Below are positions 49,054-57,837 of a stretch of 64,000 nt of DNA, piece by piece (the first letter of the stretch is position 1; the number at the start of each line of letters is the position of its first letter). This stretch comes from a virus. The stretch lies in the IMG/VR virus record IMGVR_UViG_3300045988_177552, positions 98,231-162,230 of that record. One strand, written 5' to 3'. Below the pieces are notes generated by a model, which saw nothing but the letters and a program-made list of their open reading frames with translations, ran no database searches and was not told the DNA's origin. A program made the position numbers and the translations under genes.

Positions 49054-51153
49054 ATGAATAAAACAGTGATTAATGTCCCTAGTGAAATAAAGTATATTGG
49101 GGACTGGGAAGAGTTTAATAACATCTTTCCCATGCATCCACACATCATGAATAAATCAGTGACTGGCTGTGGATTTACAGAGTGGTGTCTGAGAAATGAC
49201 ATGAACGTGATCTTATGCTCCCCTAGAAATGTTCTCCTTGATAATAAAGCGAGACAACATGAAGGGGAAGTATATAGGTTTCGTAGTCAATATTTCGATA
49301 AAGATCTCGATGTTGACAGAAATCTTTTAGACACCAGAGAGGTAAAACTTACCAATCCTAAGCAAGAGAACACATCTAGTGGAAAAATTAATGACGAGAA
49401 ACTAGAAATAACGAAACAGGAAACTTTAAGTGCCTATCAGAAGCTGAAAGTAGATCTTACGACATACTTTAGTGTAAGGCAGAATAAAGCTAAGAAAATT
49501 CTTGTCACTTATGATTCATTCCACTTGGTAAGAGACGTTCTTGAGAAGTGGGGACTGATAAGAGACTATTACATCATAGTAGATGAATTCACTTCAATTT
49601 TTACAGATTCACGTTTCAAAGCAACAGTAGAGATAAGTTTTGTTGGACAATTGAGAGGCTTAGATAAAATCTGTTACCTTTCAGCAACTCCTATGATGGA
49701 AGCTTATCTCAAAGAAATTGATGAGTTTAAAGATCTCCCTTACTACAAATTAGACTGGACAGCACTAAATCCATCAAGGATTGTAAAACCCGATCTAACA
49801 GTTAGGGTCGTTAGTAGTATATTTAAGCCAGCTAAAAGAATCATTGACGAATACAAGAAAGGAAAATTCAAAAAATGCTTTATAAAAGACGAAAAAACTG
49901 GAGAAATCATAACGGTAGAATCTAAAGAGGTTGTCTTCTTCGTTAATTCTGTATATAATATACAGAATATAATCAGGAAATGTGATCTCAAGCCGGAAGA
50001 AGTTAATATTATATGTGCGGATACAGATAAGAATAAAAAACTGTTGGCTGATAAACTGGGCAAGAAGTTTACCATAGGGCAAATTCCGATAAAAGGAGAG
50101 CCTAATAAAATGTTTACTTTCTGTACAAGAACCGCGTATATTGGCGCTGACTTCTATTCAGATAATGCTAGGACTATTGTTCTAAGCGACGCAAACATCG
50201 ACTGTCTCGCAGTTGATATTTCTCTAGACCTTCCTCAAATTATTGGAAGACAGAGACTCGAAGAGAATCCTTGGAGAAATAGTGCTGAATTCTATTATAA
50301 ACCTCTAACGAAAAATAAAGGAATAGACGAAAAAGATTTCAAGGAATACATCGATAGGAAGATAGCAAGGACGAAATCCTTGATCAGTTCTTGGAAAAGA
50401 GTCGAAAATGATCCTAAAGATCGAGATGCACTAACAGAGGTTTATGAAGACTGGATTAAGATGAATAACTACTCAAGAGACTATTTAGCAATCAGTAAAC
50501 GAGTTAAATCGTATCCAGTACCGGTTTTGAATAGTCTGGTTATGATAGCAGAAAAACGAGCATATGATATTCAAGCAAAAGACTATAAAGATAGGATAAC
50601 TGTTCTAAACCTTGCATTCAAAGAGCTAAGAGATGAGGATGGTAATAGTCTATCTGATTCTAAAAAAGCTATGTTGATATTTGACCACTTTGATTTATTA
50701 GAAACACCTAGAGATAAATTAAAGTTTATCTGTAGTGTTCTGGAAGATTCTGAAATTCCGGAAAAAACTAAAGAAATCGTAGATAACAACTTAGGAGTTA
50801 TCTTCAAAAATTATTTGTCATTAGGTATCGATAGACTGAGAGCTTTAAACTATGATACCTCGCTCATTGACAAAGATCTTGGGGTAAAAACATTTAATAA
50901 ATCAATATTAACTGAAGCTATTTTTCAGAATTTCCAAATAGGAGATAGATACAGTAATCCAGAATTGAAAAAGAAATTAGGTGAAATTTATGAAAAAATT
51001 GGATATCATGAAGCACCTAAAGCCACAGATATAAAGAACTGGTTTAAAACAAAACGGGGATCAGAATTAAGAAATGGATTTAAACAGGATGTAGTAGTTC
51101 TAAGTGATGTTATTGATGGAATACGGGCAGCTGAGTTAGGCGCTGCCCGGTAG
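49054..51153 (+). CDS. SF2 helicase-like protein (degenerate Walker A)
   Basis: motif II IIVDEF, motif III LSATP, motif VI QIIGRQR. Confidence 0.4.
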   Translation: MNKTVINVPSEIKYIGDWEEFNNIFPMHPHIMNKSVTGCGFTEWCLRNDMNVILCSPRNVLLDNKARQHEGEVYRFRSQYFDKDLDVDRNLLDTREVKLTNPKQENTSSGKINDEKLEITKQETLSAYQKLKVDLTTYFSVRQNKAKKILVTYDSFHLVRDVLEKWGLIRDYYIIVDEFTSIFTDSRFKATVEISFVGQLRGLDKICYLSATPMMEAYLKEIDEFKDLPYYKLDWTALNPSRIVKPDLTVRVVSSIFKPAKRIIDEYKKGKFKKCFIKDEKTGEIITVESKEVVFFVNSVYNIQNIIRKCDLKPEEVNIICADTDKNKKLLADKLGKKFTIGQIPIKGEPNKMFTFCTRTAYIGADFYSDNARTIVLSDANIDCLAVDISLDLPQIIGRQRLEENPWRNSAEFYYKPLTKNKGIDEKDFKEYIDRKIARTKSLISSWKRVENDPKDRDALTEVYEDWIKMNNYSRDYLAISKRVKSYPVPVLNSLVMIAEKRAYDIQAKDYKDRITVLNLAFKELRDEDGNSLSDSKKAMLIFDHFDLLETPRDKLKFICSVLEDSEIPEKTKEIVDNNLGVIFKNYLSLGIDRLRALNYDTSLIDKDLGVKTFNKSILTEAIFQNFQIGDRYSNPELKKKLGEIYEKIGYHEAPKATDIKNWFKTKRGSELRNGFKQDVVVLSDVIDGIRAAELGAAR

Positions 51154-51384
51154 AGAATAAACTCTATTAATAGCTTAATTGGTGTAATTTTTATAGTTAA
51201 ACTTTAATCAATATATAGGTATTGAACAAAATGTTTTATGAAAATTGCACTTTTAATTTTAAACTTCCGGGATTTTTATAGTTAAATTTTATCATTTTAC
51301 TAATAGTATGGTATAAATAGAAAAAATCCCGGAAACTACTAATCCAATTAATCTAATAAATCTCCTATCTTAACCAAGCGAAGC

Positions 51385-51520
51385 CGGGACCCACCCGGCA
51401 GTGAGGACCTATGTTCCGAACAGGGTGGGAGGCAAAGCGATAGAGGTCTTGGGTTCAGATAGGTTCTCTGTAGCGTAGCGGAGGAGGTTCTAGCTGTGGC
51501 CCGGGAAGGCAAGACCTCTT
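51385..51520. ncRNA. GC-rich structured intergenic region (candidate small RNA)
   Basis: nested inverted repeats: ccggg/cccgg, cccaccc/gggtggg, gaggtcttg/caagacctc, in a 500-nt ORF-free gap between convergent genes. Confidence 0.25.
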
Positions 51521-51681
51521 CTATTCAATCACCATGAGAATAATAGAAACTCTTGCCTAATATCCCACAGAGTTTTCTACCTGGACCCTCCTAACTCCCC
51601 TTAAAATTAAAAAATCACTGAAGCAAAAAAAAAGAAAGGTGAAATTCGTTATGAAATCCACCTCTCTTTTTCTTTTTATCC

Positions 51682-52488
51682 TTATAATTCTTCTAGTTGG
51701 ATAAGTACTCTGTTCGCCTCGTGACTATCTCCCAGGGTCTTACTCCCCAAGAGTTCAGCCTCAATGATCTTTTCCAGGTAGACCACCTCATTATCTAATC
51801 TCCTAGCCAAGTCAGCGCCACCTATGAAAAAGTCGCAACCCCTCATTTGTCTCTTAAACCCAGCCAGTTTTATGAAGTCCTTTATAGACTTTGACATGAC
51901 GATATTGATAATCTTACTTGGCATTTCAATATCCGGTCTTTCCTGTGTAGAACCATTAAACCAAGCTCTAACATCATCCAGCGTTAAGCCAGAATTTATC
52001 ACACAAGGCACAACTAACTTCTGATTTCTCGGGTTATACTTTTGTACTTCCTTCCAGACATCATCACCATTTTTCAAGGAATATGTATTGTTATTTCCCT
52101 TTGTTAAGATCCCAGGAAATGATCTAACAATACTATCCAATTCCATGTTTGATGTAACTATCTTTCTCCATCTATTCTCCCTCAAGTATTTTCCAACTAA
52201 GGCAAAGTCGATGGGACCTCTTATTCTACGTCCAAGAGCAGCCATGACGAATAGGATATAATCCACGTCTTCAACTGTCTTCTTTCTTGCCTTTGATTCA
52301 ATAATGGCCTCCTTAACCTCCGTATCCCCTTTGTCCTCATTATTCATTGGGGAAACCTCAGCAAATTGAATTCCATAAGTTTTCTTTGCATAGGACGTTA
52401 CTTTCCTAAGGTATACTGGAACTGTACTCTCACTGAAGTTCAATTTCCAGCTTCTACCTTCTTTGACGATCGTATAGACAAGGACCAT
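51682..52488 (-). CDS. hypothetical protein
   Basis: 268 aa. Confidence 0.4.
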   Translation of the reverse strand: MVLVYTIVKEGRSWKLNFSESTVPVYLRKVTSYAKKTYGIQFAEVSPMNNEDKGDTEVKEAIIESKARKKTVEDVDYILFVMAALGRRIRGPIDFALVGKYLRENRWRKIVTSNMELDSIVRSFPGILTKGNNNTYSLKNGDDVWKEVQKYNPRNQKLVVPCVINSGLTLDDVRAWFNGSTQERPDIEMPSKIINIVMSKSIKDFIKLAGFKRQMRGCDFFIGGADLARRLDNEVVYLEKIIEAELLGSKTLGDSHEANRVLIQLEEL

Positions 52489-53035
52489 CCCTATGTCTTT
52501 GAATCGTCTGAGCCATTTTTTCTATCCAAGCCTGAGATAGAGACTTTTTCTTCATGAGTTTCCTTAGGTCCTCAGGTTCTAGGTCTCTTTCTGTCTCAGC
52601 TTTCTTTAGGAGCAGGTATAAGGAGATAACATCCTCCTTCTTTACTGCCCGATGTCTTGTTTTCTTCACTACTACTTCGGCGGCAACAGGTTTTTGTTTC
52701 CTAGCCTTATCGAAGTACTCTGTGGCTATATTCTCGATAATCTCGTTCTCAGGGCTATTGACATAAGAAATCAGTCTGTGATTCTTATTCTTGCCAACAC
52801 CTCTTTCCTCTTTGCTTCTTTCAACCATAGCCACCTCAACGATGTCATGATAGATATCGAGAAATTTATCCTCAATATTCTTCACTACCTTAGGTTTTCC
52901 ATAACCCAGTTCCAGAGAAACCGTGTCAATCAGGTCTCTCATTTTGTCTTGGGTTACAATACCACCAAGGTTTTTAATTTCAGTTGCCAACATCTTATAG
53001 AATTCGCAACCTCTCAATTTTTCACTTGTCTTCAT
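52454..53035 (-). CDS. hypothetical protein
   Basis: 193 aa, basic. Confidence 0.35.
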   Translation of the reverse strand: MKTSEKLRGCEFYKMLATEIKNLGGIVTQDKMRDLIDTVSLELGYGKPKVVKNIEDKFLDIYHDIVEVAMVERSKEERGVGKNKNHRLISYVNSPENEIIENIATEYFDKARKQKPVAAEVVVKKTRHRAVKKEDVISLYLLLKKAETERDLEPEDLRKLMKKKSLSQAWIEKMAQTIQRHRDGPCLYDRQRR

Positions 53036-53056
53036 TTGTTTTTCTTTTTTATTTAT

Positions 53057-53437
53057 TTATTTATTCCATAATGCCTCTTCGATCTTTTTCAGTTTCTCGT
53101 TGTCATCCAAGTCCATTACATAATAGACATCAAGGTGAAACTCATCTGATAGGATCTCTGAGATATTTTTCTTATCTCTCAGTATTTTGTCTGGTCTCAC
53201 TAAGATTAAGTAATCACCAGGCAAAAGGAAAACACTATCAATGAAGTATTTTTCCAAGTTCATTCCAAGCTTTTCACTGAGGGTATATTCTATGCTATCG
53301 TTCCTGATGCATGTCCGATATCCCTCCTTAAGCTCTTTCAATTTCTCTATTTCGTAGCTTCCGATCCGTACAGGCCCGCTTAGGGGAGTTAATTGACGGA
53401 GCATGGAAGGCGCGAAAAGGTTTGTTATATATTTCAT
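53057..53437 (-). CDS. hypothetical protein
   Basis: 126 aa. Confidence 0.35.
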   Translation of the reverse strand: MKYITNLFAPSMLRQLTPLSGPVRIGSYEIEKLKELKEGYRTCIRNDSIEYTLSEKLGMNLEKYFIDSVFLLPGDYLILVRPDKILRDKKNISEILSDEFHLDVYYVMDLDDNEKLKKIEEALWNK

Positions 53438-53667
53438 TTCTTTGTTAATTTTCCGTTTATGAAACTTGTTCTCTCTATATCTCTCTTAAGGCCAGCGATC
53501 AAGAGATTCTGATTATCAATCTGGCCCTGCAGGTTATTTACCCTACCTCGCAGCTTCATGTTATTTTTCGCTAAGCCGTAAATCACTGCTATACCGGCTA
53601 GACCACTGAACACAGCTATCACCGTCTTCCATGGGATTGTTTTCTTTTCTTCTTCTTTTGTTTTCAT
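53434..53667 (-). CDS. small membrane protein
   Basis: 77 aa, one TM helix then coiled coil. Confidence 0.3.
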   Translation of the reverse strand: MKTKEEEKKTIPWKTVIAVFSGLAGIAVIYGLAKNNMKLRGRVNNLQGQIDNQNLLIAGLKRDIERTSFINGKLTKK

Positions 53668-53762
53668 ATTTTACGTTTTTATTATTATTGTTCATTTACA
53701 TATATAAGGCTTTGAAAGGCAGGTGAATCTCTTATATATGGACTAATAAAATTTAAACTATT

Positions 53763-54794
53763 ATGATTGAAAAAGAAACAAAGTATTCGTATCGTGACTT
53801 ATTCATTAAACCGAGAACCACTTCGTATATTCGTCATCGGTCAGAGTGCATTCTCCCCGATACCCTTCCCTTGATTACTGCCCCTATGGATAGTATTGTA
53901 GGGAAAGAAAATTTCGAAGAGTGGAAGAAGAACGGTATTACTCCTATTCTTCCTAGGACATTCAGCTTAGAGGAGAGACTTGAGTTTGGATCTCATAATT
54001 GGATCGCCCTGGGGTTGGATGAATTCGAGGGAGCAACTTTACCGAAAGGCCAGCATGTCTTGATTGATATAGCCAATGGACATATGGAGGACTTATACGA
54101 CGCCGTCAGGAAAGCAAAGTATGAGGATCCTTCCCTTGTTGTAATGGTTGGAAACATAGCTAACCCTGAAACCCTCATTGTAGCGGAAGAGGCTGGAGTT
54201 GATTATATTAGGGTTGGTATAGGAGCAGGACAGGGTTGTATAACTGCCTCTAACGTCTCTGTATCTTATCCAATGGCCTCCTTAGTGAATGACTGCTATG
54301 AGGTAAAAGTGAGGCACGGACTTAGGGTTGGAATTGTAGCAGATGGTGGTGTCAGGAATTATTCAGATGCTATAAAAGCCCTTGCCCTTGGAGCAGATTA
54401 TGTCATGATTGGTTCAGTATTCGCCAAGATGTTAGAGTCTTCGGGTGAGATTCTTAGTTTCCCTGAACTCCCTAGGTTCATTAGGGAAGAAGATATGGAG
54501 ACTTACGGAATTGAGCCGGATTTTACTAAGAATGGAATTGGTCTAAAGAAGATATTCTATGGTATGGCTTCAAGACAAGGACAGATTGCTATGCATGGAC
54601 AAAAGACTAGAACATCTGAGGGTATAATGAAGTTCTTGCCTGTAGAATATACAATGAGGACTTGGGTCGAGAATTTCAGAGATTACCTGAGATCCGCCAT
54701 GTCTTATACTGGTCATAAGAGGCTTTCAGATTTCATTGGCAGTCCTACATTGATCGTTGCTTCTCCACTAACGGTTGAAGGAATAAATAAGTAG
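53763..54794 (+). CDS. GMP reductase / IMP dehydrogenase-family enzyme
   Basis: 343 aa TIM-barrel; ANGHMED, GIGAGQGCITAS (catalytic Cys loop), IVADGG blocks. Confidence 0.7.
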   Translation: MIEKETKYSYRDLFIKPRTTSYIRHRSECILPDTLPLITAPMDSIVGKENFEEWKKNGITPILPRTFSLEERLEFGSHNWIALGLDEFEGATLPKGQHVLIDIANGHMEDLYDAVRKAKYEDPSLVVMVGNIANPETLIVAEEAGVDYIRVGIGAGQGCITASNVSVSYPMASLVNDCYEVKVRHGLRVGIVADGGVRNYSDAIKALALGADYVMIGSVFAKMLESSGEILSFPELPRFIREEDMETYGIEPDFTKNGIGLKKIFYGMASRQGQIAMHGQKTRTSEGIMKFLPVEYTMRTWVENFRDYLRSAMSYTGHKRLSDFIGSPTLIVASPLTVEGINK

Positions 54795-54828
54795 GGAGAA
54801 AAGAAAAAGTTAGGGATTGATTATTTCC

Positions 54829-55371
54829 CTAACCTTCTTTTTTAGTCTCCTTATCGAGTAATCTTAAGAGTTCTGGGAGTCTATACTGTCCCTTCATTCT
54901 TTTAACCAATCGTAAGGCCTCCTCATTACTCAAGCCACCTCCACCTTGTATCCATAGTGGCGTACTTCCTTTTGGTCCCCTGGTATAACCTAAGGCCTCT
55001 CCATAGATAAGGCCTGTTCCACCAAAGTCCTTCTTAGCCACTCCGATAAGACAAGGATTCCACGGCTTGATACGCCTTAAGAGCATATCACCGAGACCCT
55101 CCCTAAGCTCTCCAGTTTCCTTATCGTGAATCCTTAAGAACCCGTCTAAGATTATGTATGTTATCCTCTCTTCCTTCCCCTGAATTTTCTCAAGGAGGTC
55201 AAGAATAGGAGGAAGTTCTCTAAGGTAAAACTTTCCTGGAATATAAGGACCGAATTGATCAGTCCAAGAGGTTATAATTTCCTCAGGCACCAAGTCAATC
55301 CAGTCCTTAAACAATATCCCTACCGTCTTAGCTTTATCGCTCAGGTAGTAAGTGTCGATAGCGAGAATCAC
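54829..55371 (-). CDS. nfi: endonuclease V (deoxyinosine 3' endonuclease)
   Basis: collinear with E. coli Nfi: YIPGKFYLRELPPILDLL, ILDGFLRIH, LIGVAKK, MKGQYRLPELLRLLD. Confidence 0.7.
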   Translation of the reverse strand: MILAIDTYYLSDKAKTVGILFKDWIDLVPEEIITSWTDQFGPYIPGKFYLRELPPILDLLEKIQGKEERITYIILDGFLRIHDKETGELREGLGDMLLRRIKPWNPCLIGVAKKDFGGTGLIYGEALGYTRGPKGSTPLWIQGGGGLSNEEALRLVKRMKGQYRLPELLRLLDKETKKEG

Positions 55372-55721
55372 CAGTCGTCCTCAGTATCATACGACTTCTT
55401 GAATTCATCCAGGTCAATGGCATCCTTTAAGATAGGATCATCATCACTAACCTCTTTGATTTCATTGATGTCGAGATAACAGCACTCTTCATCCACGTCG
55501 TCCCAGTCTTCATCTTCCTCATCGTCATCATCGAAGTACCTGCCAGAGTCGAAAGAAGGCTCATCATAATCGTAGTCCTCCTCTCCATCTCCATAATAGT
55601 ACTCTTCTGGAATTTCCTCTCTTACGTAGTCTTCCACGTCTTCTTCAGTAATTTTCTGACTTGACTTAAACACGAACTTTTTGCCTACATGAACGGCACT
55701 TTCACATAATGCTACAAACAT
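55368..55721 (-). CDS. highly acidic small protein
   Basis: 117 aa, D/E/Y-rich. Confidence 0.3.
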   Translation of the reverse strand: MFVALCESAVHVGKKFVFKSSQKITEEDVEDYVREEIPEEYYYGDGEEDYDYDEPSFDSGRYFDDDDEEDEDWDDVDEECCYLDINEIKEVSDDDPILKDAIDLDEFKKSYDTEDDW

Positions 55722-55744
55722 AATTCTTAATTTTTATTTATTGT

Positions 55745-56326
55745 TTAGTATTTCCAGATCTTATGCAACCTACAGCCAAGGAGATTTCCCAAGACTTCAG
55801 CTATCCAGATTAATTCAACTTCACCATTGCCGGTCATACTCATAAAATAGAATGAATCTGCTATGCTATGTGTAAATCCAGCCATGATGAAGAGTGGAAT
55901 GCCTAAGAGTATTGGTAAGACCCTCTTGGATTCTCTATAGTGTTCAACAGCTGTAGTCATGATTATACCACATCCTATTGCTAAGAGAAAACAGTCGATT
56001 ATCCCATGCTGTATTCTTCCTTCTGTTATAGTCCTGGCTCCTTCCACTACTTCTGGCATGGCAATTATACACACTAGGAATGAGATCAGTGTTCCCAAGA
56101 TATTACCTCCCAGGATTATACCGAGTCTCTTCCAGGATTCCAATGACTTATGATCAAAGAATCCCGCTGTTCCTGTATATAGCCCTAATCCATAGTAGCA
56201 AACACTAATCAGGCCAAAGGAGAATAATACGGCTCCTATGATACCTCCGACTTTAATGTTTACTATGCAGCCTAAGGAAATGAATATTCCAGCTCCAATC
56301 GATTCCCTTAAAGTCTTACTTATCAT
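55745..56326 (-). CDS. integral membrane protein (possible small-molecule transporter)
   Basis: 193 aa, 5-6 hydrophobic helices. Confidence 0.4.
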   Translation of the reverse strand: MISKTLRESIGAGIFISLGCIVNIKVGGIIGAVLFSFGLISVCYYGLGLYTGTAGFFDHKSLESWKRLGIILGGNILGTLISFLVCIIAMPEVVEGARTITEGRIQHGIIDCFLLAIGCGIIMTTAVEHYRESKRVLPILLGIPLFIMAGFTHSIADSFYFMSMTGNGEVELIWIAEVLGNLLGCRLHKIWKY

Positions 56327-57080
56327 CTAAGAGGTCGATTATTTTAAGATCTCCAATAACTTCCTGTCCCTGGGTAAACTCATAAAAATCAGTCTCCCCT
56401 TCGTCTATTAGGAAGTTATATGTCTTTCCAGTCTCATCCGTCAAGAAAATTCTCCATGATTCTTTGTAGGAGTGTTTCAATTTCAGTCCACAGAGCCTAA
56501 ACACCAGGACTTCATCTTCCCAATCCTTGACATCTTCCTCATCAGTATCTTTCAGAGGTCGAATCGCTACAACAATATTCTTTGCATACTTCAAGGTCTT
56601 TACAAGGTCCTTATTATCATTCAATGCTTTCAAGGCACCGAAAGGTAGGGTTCCTCGTTTATCCCAGAGCTTCAATACCCTGTCATAGTAGATTCCCTCC
56701 TCCAAAAGTCTGTTGTGGAGTGAGAATGTCGTAAACCTATTCATTGTATTCTGAATTCCTTGTCCCATGACATCGAAACTGAAACCTTCCGGAATGATTC
56801 TTTCGATTCGGATTTTTTCGCCATCTTCACCTTGTCTGTCAGGAAGCTTATACTCTACTTGGTATGTCATAGTAACGGGATCATAGTCTGACATCTTTGT
56901 AATGATAGCCTTCTCAACTGTTGTATCCCACTTACCATCGGACGGGTCTCTCCTATAATCAATATAAACGAGCTCAGCCCCGACATACTTCAAGAGTTCA
57001 CCACCTTCCAGAACCCACTTAACGTCTCCGGTGTTAAATCCATAACGTTCTTTAAATTCCTGAAACTTAGTTTTACTCAT
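56316..57080 (-). CDS. hypothetical protein
   Basis: 254 aa. Confidence 0.35.
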   Translation of the reverse strand: MSKTKFQEFKERYGFNTGDVKWVLEGGELLKYVGAELVYIDYRRDPSDGKWDTTVEKAIITKMSDYDPVTMTYQVEYKLPDRQGEDGEKIRIERIIPEGFSFDVMGQGIQNTMNRFTTFSLHNRLLEEGIYYDRVLKLWDKRGTLPFGALKALNDNKDLVKTLKYAKNIVVAIRPLKDTDEEDVKDWEDEVLVFRLCGLKLKHSYKESWRIFLTDETGKTYNFLIDEGETDFYEFTQGQEVIGDLKIIDLLDDK

Positions 57081-57133
57081 CGTTTTGTTTGTTTATTTTT
57101 ATTGTTATACATATATCAGGAGTTGAGGCCTTC

Positions 57134-57514
57134 CTAAGCGCAAATTATTCCTTTTGCTACTAGGATTTTCTCAACCTCTTCCCAATTAATGAAAGGTCTA
57201 GGAGATAAGGCAGGGTCTTGTGTTAAGGGAGCCCCTAGTGCAGTATCATCTATATAAAGATTCGCAAATACTTTAGGGCTTTTTGTCCATCTAGTCTGTG
57301 ATCTATTGAAATTAACCCCATACAGAGGAATTTCATGATCCTTAAACCACTTAACGGCCTCTTTCTCTGTTTCATCACTTCTCATTGTATGAAGGATTAG
57401 TTTATGTCCCTCATCAACAAGTTTCTTCAAGACGGGAACAGCTCCTATGTCCTTCCCTACTTTTGGATAATCATGCGTTACACATGTTCCATCAAAATCA
57501 ATTGCTATAAACAT
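57134..57514 (-). CDS. HAD-superfamily phosphatase
   Basis: IDFDGT motif I, small 126-aa HAD core. Confidence 0.5.
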   Translation of the reverse strand: MFIAIDFDGTCVTHDYPKVGKDIGAVPVLKKLVDEGHKLILHTMRSDETEKEAVKWFKDHEIPLYGVNFNRSQTRWTKSPKVFANLYIDDTALGAPLTQDPALSPRPFINWEEVEKILVAKGIICA

Positions 57515-57557
57515 AATAAAATAGTTTTTAATACAGAGTCCACTTCATTGTTGACTC

Positions 57558-57615
57558 CTACATACATAAGGAAATAAGGGCGGGAAATTCAGAAGCCGGC
57601 AAAATCTTAATAATG
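57558..57615. promoter_or_regulatory. divergent promoter region: minus-type motif for 57134..57514 and plus-oriented motif for the leader/57838 gene
   Basis: catacataaggaaataaggg (minus gene) adjacent to ttcagaagccggcaaaatcttaataatg (plus orientation). Confidence 0.4.
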
Positions 57616-57716
57616 TAAGATGAATGTATTTAAAAAAGTATTATTAATGATGAAAAAGAGCGTTGATGTATTGAAAATTAATATGTCAAATGAGCGTTCA
57701 TCAGAGAGATACTACG

Positions 57717-57772
57717 ATCTATGTGGTGAGGAATTTGCTGGCTCACTTTGGGGTTCGAATCCCCGACATAGA
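57717..57772 (+). ncRNA. tRNA-like element lacking anticodon arm
   Basis: 7-bp acceptor stem TCTATGT/ACATAGA, D-arm-like TGAG..CTCA with GG loop, canonical T-arm TGGGG-TTCGAAT-CCCCG, discriminator G; no CCA. Confidence 0.3.
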
Positions 57773-57837
57773 GCTATTGCCTTAGAATCCACAGTCAACT
57801 CTAAGGTGATGTTTCAACTTAAAACTAGTTTTAAAAT

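Noticed and set aside
51385-51520. Possible tRNA or tmRNA in the GC-rich intergenic core
   Set aside because: No cloverleaf could be drawn (no T-loop GTTCRANYC with a paired acceptor stem). It is kept only as a generic structured-RNA candidate.
53036-53060. tttatttatttattt low-complexity tract
   Set aside because: Short AT-rich simple repeat at a gene boundary; typical spacer composition and not a distinct element.
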